A stretch of DNA of 45,460 nt from an uncultured bacterium (lineage in GTDB: Bacteria > Chlamydiota > Chlamydiia > Chlamydiales > SM23-39). The stretch is taken from NCBI GenBank assembly GCA_964400755.1, contig CAYNVX010000001.1, positions 1 to 45,460 of the forward strand, written 5' to 3'. Under the pieces are notes generated by a model. It was not told the DNA's origin. It made no database searches and saw only the letters and a program-made list of their open reading frames with translations. Within the stretch, counting starts at the first letter, position 1. Each line of letters starts with the position of its first letter. The position numbers were made by a program, and so were the translations under genes. Of the stretch, positions 18,980 to 26,072 are shown piece by piece.

Positions 18980-20386
18980 ATGTTGAGCTTTAGAAAAAAA
19001 ATTGCCCTTAGCACTATTATAATTTTTATTATTTTTATAGTTGTCTTGTTTCCTGTAACCAAACAGATGGCAATGGACACTTTAAGAGCTCCACTTGCCA
19101 ATGTTGCAAAAAACTTAAGGGTCTCTTTTTTTAGTTTCGGCGTTCTAATTTTATTGGGATATAGTTTGGTTGTAGGGGCTATCTTGTATAGATTGAGCAA
19201 ACCTATCGAGCAGATTTTCAATATGCTCAAGCCCTATCAGGAAGGAAAAGAGCAGTTTCCTCCTCATATTGAAATTAATAGACAAGATGATTTTGGTAAA
19301 TTAGCTAAAACTTTGAACTTTCTTTCAAAGCAGGTAAAAAAACAGATAAAAATATTAATACATCAAAAAAATGAAACAGAATCGATATTGGAAGCTCTTT
19401 CAGAGGGAATTATCGCTGTTGATGATAATAAAAGAATAACTTTTATTAATAAAACTGCCTGTAAAATGTTAGAGAAGAATAAAGAAGCTTTATTAGATGA
19501 GAAATTATCAGATATTGGCACCTCAAAAATTTTAGAAGTTTGTAAGGCTCTTATTTTTTTATCTAAAGAGAAAAAGCATATAATGCAAAAAGAGATAAAG
19601 GAAAATTCCAGTTATATAAATATTATAGCAAAGCCCAACTCTCATAAAGAAGGGGTCTTGCTTGTGCTACAGGATAAAACTTCCGATTATAAAATGGTGG
19701 AGATGGGCAAAGACTTTATTGCTAATGCTTCTCATGAGCTTAAAACACCTATTACCATTATTACAGGGTTTGCAGAAACTCTTTATGAACATCCCGATCT
19801 ATCTAAAGAAATAATAAAAGAGGTTACTTCAAAGATTATGAGAACTTCAAATAGGTTAACAAACCTTTTGAAGAATTTGCTTATGCTCTCTGATTTGGAA
19901 AGGATTGAAAAAGAAAAATTTTTAAAATGTGATCTTTATTCATTAGCCCAAAATTGCAAAATGCAGCTTTTGTCTTCTTATAAAAATATTATGGTTTCTA
20001 TAGAAAAGCCTGATTCCGATTTTTATGTTAGTGCAGAAATCAGCTTGTTGGAAAGAGCTGTTATGAACATTTTAGAAAATGCTGTTAAATATAGTGAAAA
20101 ATCTCCGGAAATTTATATAAGTTTTAAAATTATTAAAGATCAAATTACCTTATCAATTAAAGATAATGGAGTAGGAATTCCTATTAAAGACCAACCATAT
20201 ATTTTTGATAGGTTTTATACTGTTGATAAAGCCAGAGCTCGAAAATATGGCGGGGCAGGACTAGGACTTTCCATTGTTAAAACAATTATGGAAAAGCATC
20301 AAGGTAGGGTAGGGGTTGTTTCTGATGAAAATGGTTCTGTTTTTTCTATCTCTATTCCAAGATTTATAAAAAAAGTTATAAATTAA
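18980..20386 (+). CDS. Sensor histidine kinase (two TM segments, PAS-like domain, HisKA, HATPase_c)
   Basis: 468 aa with the H-box ASHELKTPIT, N-box ILENAVKYS, G1 DNGVGIP and G2 GGAGLGLSIVK. No response regulator gene is adjacent. Confidence 0.88.
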   Translation: MLSFRKKIALSTIIIFIIFIVVLFPVTKQMAMDTLRAPLANVAKNLRVSFFSFGVLILLGYSLVVGAILYRLSKPIEQIFNMLKPYQEGKEQFPPHIEINRQDDFGKLAKTLNFLSKQVKKQIKILIHQKNETESILEALSEGIIAVDDNKRITFINKTACKMLEKNKEALLDEKLSDIGTSKILEVCKALIFLSKEKKHIMQKEIKENSSYINIIAKPNSHKEGVLLVLQDKTSDYKMVEMGKDFIANASHELKTPITIITGFAETLYEHPDLSKEIIKEVTSKIMRTSNRLTNLLKNLLMLSDLERIEKEKFLKCDLYSLAQNCKMQLLSSYKNIMVSIEKPDSDFYVSAEISLLERAVMNILENAVKYSEKSPEIYISFKIIKDQITLSIKDNGVGIPIKDQPYIFDRFYTVDKARARKYGGAGLGLSIVKTIMEKHQGRVGVVSDENGSVFSISIPRFIKKVIN

Positions 20387-21245
20387 TCGCTCTTTTTAAA
20401 CTAATATCGGTATTTTCATCTTTAACAATGATCTCTGTTGGATTGGAGATATTTGTAAAGCTTATGAAATCCCATATCTTGGGATTTAATTGAAAGTGCT
20501 TCTTTGTTAGAAGATCATTTAATCTTTCTTTAGTTATCTCTTCACCTAGTAATTGAAGTTTTACAATTTCCTCAGCAATTTTTTCATTAAACAGGATAGA
20601 TAGGATTTCAAAGTGGGCAGAGTTAATAGGAATTTTATTCTTCTCATCTCTAATTTTTATAAAATCTAAAAGAGAAGGATATCCAATCTTTTCCTTATAA
20701 TTATAAAATTTAGAGCCTTTCATCATTTTATAATATATAGGCTGAAGATCTTTTTCTTTAAGTTCCAACTTCGCCAAATGAAGTTCATTAGCAGAAAGTT
20801 CTTCTTTAAGACTTTCTTTAGCACTAAGCAAAATATTATTTAATATCTCTTTATCAAGGTTTTTTATTTTGAGATTTTTAAAAAAACCGTTTTCTAAATA
20901 TAAAACTCTTATCAAATGTAAAATAGATTCATATAATTCGGGGTGGCTCTCTTTTCCTTCAGTTATCAGGGGATAGATATTAAAATAGGATTCTGATCTG
21001 TTTGGCTCTTTTATTTTTTTAACTTTTTCAGTTTTGATTTTTTGTTTTATCTCTTTTTCATTTTTTTCAGTTTTGATTGTTGAATAATAATAGGTTTCAC
21101 TTTTTGAGGTAGCTCTTCTTTGAACCTTCATATAGCCGACATAGCTTTTTGAAATAATATCCGAAGAGACTTTCTTAGATAAAAGCATCTGTGTTGATAT
21201 AGCAAATATCATAAGTATGGTTATAACTAAACTTAAGATGTTCAC
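20376..21245 (-). CDS. Membrane-anchored hypothetical protein, GspK-like minor pseudopilin candidate
   Basis: 289 aa with a GTG start that overlaps the upstream stop (GTGA), suggesting translational coupling. It has an N-terminal TM segment, and the IPINSAHFEIL block resembles the GspK NxNTA motif. Confidence 0.5.
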   Translation of the reverse strand: MNILSLVITILMIFAISTQMLLSKKVSSDIISKSYVGYMKVQRRATSKSETYYYSTIKTEKNEKEIKQKIKTEKVKKIKEPNRSESYFNIYPLITEGKESHPELYESILHLIRVLYLENGFFKNLKIKNLDKEILNNILLSAKESLKEELSANELHLAKLELKEKDLQPIYYKMMKGSKFYNYKEKIGYPSLLDFIKIRDEKNKIPINSAHFEILSILFNEKIAEEIVKLQLLGEEITKERLNDLLTKKHFQLNPKIWDFISFTNISNPTEIIVKDENTDISLKRAINL

Positions 21246-21964
21246 GATTGCACTCTTTTTTTAGGATAGGAAATGTTTAACATTTTTGATGGTAGAAAAA
21301 AAGAAAAATCTAGATCATCCGAAAGCTTCAATTTGATAATGGAAGGAAGATAATTTTTTTCTTTTGACCAAAAATCTATCCATTCCAGATCTTTACTGAC
21401 AGCCTCTTTTTTATAAGCTTTATTTTCAGGCTCTTTATTAGATAAAAATCTGAATTCAATTTTTTTAATATTTTTAAATAAGGTCTCATCTCTAACAATA
21501 TTTTCTAATATTTCTTTATTATCCGTTCCCCAAATTTTTAACTTTAAGTTTTTTTCATCGTCTATAAAAAGCTTGCCTACAACAATCCCGCTAAACTTAG
21601 GGTCAGGATCTATGCCGTTGTCAAAGGCAAAATATAAGGAGGTTTTTTCATTTTTTTCTTTTTCTGTAAAAAAATATTGTTCATCGGAAAACTTTTTTAA
21701 AGAGGCATTTGAAAAAATATTAGAAAGCCTGATTTGTATATGCTGTTTTTGAAAAACATCAGCTTTAGCAACTTCCAGTTTTTTTTCTATTTTGGTTATT
21801 TGTACAAAATAGCCGAATAAAACAGTTAATATTATAGAAGTTAAAAAAAGTGAGATCATCACTTCTATCAATGTGATATGGTGCTTCTTCTGACATACTC
21901 CCACGGCTAAAGCCGATGGGGTTCTAAGGTTTGGCTCTTTCATGCCACTATCCTCGCTGGGCAT
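21242..21964 (-). CDS. Pseudopilin-like protein with prepilin-type N-terminal motif; the 5' end of the ORF is fused to the IS end
   Basis: KKHHITLIEVMISLFLTSIILTVLF matches the prepilin-type cleavage/methylation region. The first ~23 codons of the tracked ORF (MPSEDSGMKEPNLRTPSALAVGV) lie inside the IS right end and the tnpB 3' end, so the real start is uncertain. Candidates are 21943 (IS-borne) or 21859. Confidence 0.55.
   Translation of the reverse strand: MPSEDSGMKEPNLRTPSALAVGVCQKKHHITLIEVMISLFLTSIILTVLFGYFVQITKIEKKLEVAKADVFQKQHIQIRLSNIFSNASLKKFSDEQYFFTEKEKNEKTSLYFAFDNGIDPDPKFSGIVVGKLFIDDEKNLKLKIWGTDNKEILENIVRDETLFKNIKKIEFRFLSNKEPENKAYKKEAVSKDLEWIDFWSKEKNYLPSIIKLKLSDDLDFSFFLPSKMLNISYPKKRVQS
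21900..21920 (-). repeat. IS right-end (tnpB-proximal) subterminal hairpin
   Basis: CCCACGGC-TAAA-GCCGATGGG forms 8 bp with one bulged A. Confidence 0.8.
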
Positions 21965-22794
21965 GCCAGATGCCCCTCTCCAACATCTCTGTCTATTGGA
22001 GATTGAAGAATGCCTTGATGTCTAAGCGATATAACGAAAGACGCATTTACATCAGCATTTTCAACGTGTCCACAAGAACACTTAAATATTTTCCCTTTTC
22101 TTTCGCCAAGAAGTCCGCATTTAGAACACTGTTGAGAAGTGTATCTCGGATCAATCTTTGCTACTGGAACGCCATGCAGCTTAGCCTTATACTCAATAAA
22201 TGTCTTGAGTTGATAAAATGACCAACTGTTCAGGGCATACCTGTTTTTTCTATTTGTTTTTGCTGTTTTCCGGATATCTTTTAAATCCTCAAAAACAATT
22301 CCTGATTTTTTCTCCTTAGCTTCATTCACTATTTTGTTCGAAATTTTATGGTTTAAATCCCTCACAATTCTTGACTCTTTATTTTTTAAAGTCTTGACTG
22401 ACTTAAATCTATTTTTCTTTTGAAGCTTTCTTCTTATGTTTTTATATTTCTTGTGTGTGTGATTTGCTGACTTTCCCAGCTTTAATACTTTTCCGGATTT
22501 TGGATCGGAGGCAACGCAGCAATGTCCTGTTGTATTAAGATCAATACCAATCCAAGAATCAACCGTTATTTGCTCTTCTTCTTTGATGGTACAAGAAATA
22601 TATGCAAACTCTTGATCTAACTCAATTTGATTGATCTTTTCGACGTCTTTTGATGATCTACTTTTAGTCTTGAGAGCAAAAAGAGCAACTTGCCTTCCTT
22701 TTTCAAGTTCTACAGATAGGTTTTGGTTGTGTTTCACTTTGTGTGTTAAAATCATGCTTGAATTATAAGATGGCCAGCGATATAATGTCAACAT
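21940..22794 (-). CDS. tnpB: TnpB (IS605 OrfB-family RuvC-like nuclease), unusually short
   Basis: 284 aa with RuvC-I IGIDLN (D85), RuvC-II VFEDL (E169), the zinc finger CSKC...CSC (C223/226/239/241) and RuvC-III ENADVNAS (D248). Only ~84 aa precede the first catalytic Asp. Confidence 0.85.
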   Translation of the reverse strand: MLTLYRWPSYNSSMILTHKVKHNQNLSVELEKGRQVALFALKTKSRSSKDVEKINQIELDQEFAYISCTIKEEEQITVDSWIGIDLNTTGHCCVASDPKSGKVLKLGKSANHTHKKYKNIRRKLQKKNRFKSVKTLKNKESRIVRDLNHKISNKIVNEAKEKKSGIVFEDLKDIRKTAKTNRKNRYALNSWSFYQLKTFIEYKAKLHGVPVAKIDPRYTSQQCSKCGLLGERKGKIFKCSCGHVENADVNASFVISLRHQGILQSPIDRDVGEGHLACPARIVA

Positions 22795-23188
22795 GAGTAG
22801 ATGGAAAACTTCAAAAACAGCCGTATTTAACTTGAGCTATCATTTAATCTGGTGTCCAAAATATCGAAGAAAAGTCCTAGTAGGAGATATTAAAGATCGA
22901 TTAATTGAATTGATTTATGAGAAGGCTCAACAACTCGAACTTGAAATAGTTGAGGCTAATGTTCAATCCGATCATGTTCACCTTTTTGTTAGATCTATGC
23001 CGATTCACTCACCACAATTTGTCGTCGGACAATTAAAAGGACACACTAGTAGCATTTTGAGAAAGGAATTTTCCACTTTAAGAACGAGGATTCCAACATT
23101 GTGGACAAGATCGTATTATGTTGATAGTGTTGGAAAATTAAATGAGCATACAATTAGAAAATACATACAAGAGCAGGAGAAGAAATAG
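22793..23188 (+). CDS. tnpA: IS200/IS605-family Y1 (HUH) transposase TnpA
   Basis: 131 aa with YHLIWCPKYRR, the HUH motif DHVHLFV and the catalytic-Tyr block RSYYVDSVG. Confidence 0.93.
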   Translation: MSRWKTSKTAVFNLSYHLIWCPKYRRKVLVGDIKDRLIELIYEKAQQLELEIVEANVQSDHVHLFVRSMPIHSPQFVVGQLKGHTSSILRKEFSTLRTRIPTLWTRSYYVDSVGKLNEHTIRKYIQEQEKK

Positions 23189-23198
23189 ACGCTCTCAT

Positions 23199-23218
23199 CC
23201 CACGGCTAAAGCCATGGG
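23199..23218 (-). repeat. IS left-end (tnpA-proximal) subterminal hairpin
   Basis: CCCACGGC-TAAA-GCCATGGG is the same stem-loop as 21900-21920, with a C/A mismatch in place of the bulged A of that copy. Confidence 0.8.
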
Positions 23219-23265
23219 CTTTCCCGCTTTTGTCGTAAATCTTCAAAAAAAACCTTCAAAAAATA

Positions 23266-25137
23266 TTATTTAAGTTTTTTTTGTCTTTTTAAAGTAAAAG
23301 TTAGGACGAAAAGAGCAAGGACTGCAAACATTATTACACTGATATATTGAGGGAAAACGGATGGTTTATCTACCGCTATCGCTCCCGTTATTGTAAGCAG
23401 TGCTATTATTACTCCTGTAAAAGCATCACCGCCTATCAACCCTGAAGATATCAGAAGCCCTTGTTCCTGCGCTTCTTCTTTTCTTGTGTGCCTATTTACA
23501 TAGGCCGCTATAAGACTGCCGAACATAATAGCAGTATTCAGAGAAAGAGGCAAATAGACTCCCATTGCAAAGGGAAGAACAGGTACTCTTAAAAGAGCGA
23601 CAATAATTCCTAAGACTACGCCTATTCCAACTAAGGTGAAAGGCAGATCGCCTGATATAACACCTTTGGCTATCATGGAAATAAGTACGGCCTGTGGTGC
23701 CGGCATAGCAGCTGAGCCTAAGGTATATGCTTTGTTTAAAACAGCTATTGTAATACCTAAAACAGCTGCTGGAATTATAAGTCCTATTATTTCCGCAAGC
23801 TGTTGAGATCTGGGTGTTGCTCCAACTAAAAATCCAGTTTTTAAATCTTGTGATGTCGTACCTGCCATTGCAATGGCTACGTTGGCTACAGCGCTCATTG
23901 TTATCGCAGCAATAAGATAGCCTCGGTCTTTCCATCCGAGTGCTGTAAATAAGAGGCAGGTTATTAATAAAACGGTTAATGTCATGCCAGAGGTCGGATT
24001 GGAAGAGCTTCCTACAAGGCCTACCGTTATTGATGTTACTGCAACAAAGAAAAATCCTAATACCACCAGGAGTATTATCGTAAAGATGTTTAGTTTTGCT
24101 ATCGGAAGAAAGGTAAGTGTTCCTACTATGATAATTGTTCCGATAATCAGCCAGGCAAGAGATATGTCTTTATCAGTTCTGTCTAAGTTGGCCGGAATAC
24201 GAAAACCTCTAAAGAGTTCTTTTAATCCTACATGGACAGTTTTAAATAGAAGCGGCCCAATTTTTATTAAACTTATAAAACCACCGGTTGCCACAGCTCC
24301 TGCTCCAATATACCTAACATAATTTGTCCAGATGTCTAAAGCCGACATCTCAGTTATAGGTACAGTAGATGGAAAAATATTTGTATGTCCTGTTCCAAAC
24401 ATGTGGATAAGCGGAATTATCAACCACCAGCTTATGGCACTTCCCGCCAGCATCATACCTGCAATTCTTGGTCCTATTATATAGCCCACTCCTAAAAGAG
24501 CAGGGGTTGCATCGATACTAAATTGTGTTTTTTCAAAGGGCTTAATTACCCAAGTGGGTATTTCCTGCCAAAGGAAAAAGACATTTATACATAACTTGTA
24601 AGCTACGCCGACCAAAAAGCTCCATCCTGCCATTGCAGCGGATGTCTGTCCCTTTTCGCCGGCTTTTAAAATTTCAGCGCAGGCTGTACCTTCAGGAAAA
24701 GGAAGAACTCCATGTTCTTCAACAATAATATATCTTCTCATGGGTATCATAAATAATATACCCAACAGTCCGCCAAGAGCGGATAGAATAGTTATCTTTA
24801 ATATGGAAGTATTTTCGCCTAGAAAAAACAGGGCAGGGATAGTAAAGATAACACCGGCGGCCATTCCTTCGCCAACTGTTGCTATAGTCTGTGTAATGTT
24901 ATTCTCTAGAATGGTAACTTTTTTACAGATAAGTTTTAAAATGGCCATAGAAAGGATAGCTGCAGGGATAGAAGCAGATATTGTTGTTCCCGTCTTCAAT
25001 CCTAAATAGGCATTGCCGATAGCAAAGATAAAGCCTAAAAAGATACCTAAAATGGTAGCTTTTAAAGAAAATTCTTTTACCTTTTTCTTAGGTGAAATGT
25101 ATGGCTTAAAGTTCTTTAAATTATCTTTTGCGCTCAT
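23266..25137 (-). CDS. OPT-family oligopeptide transporter
   Basis: 623-aa polytopic, Gly/Ala/Ile-rich protein. The N-terminal block KATILGIFLGFIFAIGNAYLGLKTGTTISASIPAA is typical of bacterial OPT transporters. Confidence 0.8.
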   Translation of the reverse strand: MSAKDNLKNFKPYISPKKKVKEFSLKATILGIFLGFIFAIGNAYLGLKTGTTISASIPAAILSMAILKLICKKVTILENNITQTIATVGEGMAAGVIFTIPALFFLGENTSILKITILSALGGLLGILFMIPMRRYIIVEEHGVLPFPEGTACAEILKAGEKGQTSAAMAGWSFLVGVAYKLCINVFFLWQEIPTWVIKPFEKTQFSIDATPALLGVGYIIGPRIAGMMLAGSAISWWLIIPLIHMFGTGHTNIFPSTVPITEMSALDIWTNYVRYIGAGAVATGGFISLIKIGPLLFKTVHVGLKELFRGFRIPANLDRTDKDISLAWLIIGTIIIVGTLTFLPIAKLNIFTIILLVVLGFFFVAVTSITVGLVGSSSNPTSGMTLTVLLITCLLFTALGWKDRGYLIAAITMSAVANVAIAMAGTTSQDLKTGFLVGATPRSQQLAEIIGLIIPAAVLGITIAVLNKAYTLGSAAMPAPQAVLISMIAKGVISGDLPFTLVGIGVVLGIIVALLRVPVLPFAMGVYLPLSLNTAIMFGSLIAAYVNRHTRKEEAQEQGLLISSGLIGGDAFTGVIIALLTITGAIAVDKPSVFPQYISVIMFAVLALFVLTFTLKRQKKLK

Positions 25138-25321
25138 AAATATTTTAATATCGCTATCTTATTTTTGAAGATGCATATTTTTTATATTTTTCGCTAGGGT
25201 TTTCATTATTATAAGGTTTTTTATATAATAGTATTTATTGAAATGGCTTATTAATTACTTATTATTGCTGTTTTTAGCATTGTTTATTATAATGTAGCCC
25301 TCTTACAAGGAGGAATATTTT

Positions 25322-26023
25322 ATGGCATCTTCAATAGGACCTAAAGAAATTGAAAAAGTATTTAAAGATTATTACCCTCAAGAAGAGGATTTAAGGCCAG
25401 AGGTAGAAGCTCACTTAATTCCATTTGTTCCAGATAGCGCACTTTCTGATATTTGTGTTCCTTGCGCTTGTTCTGTTCTTGTTATGCCGAATGGCAAATG
25501 CAGTCTAGCGCTTGATGAACGCTATATTCCTCTAATCAATCCTAGAATTAAAGAGGTCTTTGAAGTTTTTGCAAAATTTACACCTCCTCCAAGGGAAAAT
25601 AGTAGAATTGATGAAGATAAATCGTTTAATGGCCTCACTAATGAATGTTTCAAAATAATAGATGATTATCATAAATCGAAAACTGGACAAAAAGGTGAGG
25701 AATTTTTTGATGGCTTCATCTATAGAATGGCGTGGAAAGCTTTTCCTAATCAAAATAAATGTGCTAATCTTTATTCAATAATTTTGTCGAATCAAAAAAA
25801 ACAAAAAATTACTGTAGATCCTAGCATTTTTAATGAATGCTTTGAACAGGCAAAATCTAAAGCTGATTCATATATAAATGCTTTTGAAAAACTAAAGGAT
25901 ATTGTTGTTAATCCAAGAGGGACAGAGGATGAATTGGATGAATCCTTAAAACTATTAGTAAAAACTCATTTGGATTTTTTAAGCGTCTATAAGGATTTTT
26001 ATCATAAAGCGGATAGAAGATAA
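25322..26023 (+). CDS. Hypothetical protein (no recognisable domain)
   Basis: 233-aa ORF with a strong SD (AAGGAGG, 7 nt before the ATG). It is hydrophilic, with no signal peptide or TM segment. Confidence 0.6.
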   Translation: MASSIGPKEIEKVFKDYYPQEEDLRPEVEAHLIPFVPDSALSDICVPCACSVLVMPNGKCSLALDERYIPLINPRIKEVFEVFAKFTPPPRENSRIDEDKSFNGLTNECFKIIDDYHKSKTGQKGEEFFDGFIYRMAWKAFPNQNKCANLYSIILSNQKKQKITVDPSIFNECFEQAKSKADSYINAFEKLKDIVVNPRGTEDELDESLKLLVKTHLDFLSVYKDFYHKADRR

Positions 26024-26072
26024 TTTCCATCAGCTTTAATCTTTTTATAAGATGTTTTATATTCGAAGAGTA

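Larger units (their letters stand above)
21892..23234 (-). mobile_element. Complete IS200/IS605-family insertion sequence (divergent tnpA/tnpB, IS605-like organisation)
   Basis: A Y1 transposase gene and a tnpB gene are flanked by near-identical subterminal hairpins (21900-21920 and 23199-23218). On the minus strand TTTAC (23239-23235) sits 5' of the LE-like hairpin, like the TTAC-type target of IS608 relatives. The ends are good to about +/-15 bp. Confidence 0.85.

Noticed and set aside
23492-25009. Off-frame and antisense ORFs inside the OPT gene (23492-23935, 23984-24322, 24740-25009).
   Set aside because: They are a by-product of locally higher G+C. The OPT frame is continuous and family-typical. 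They are used only as indirect evidence of composition.
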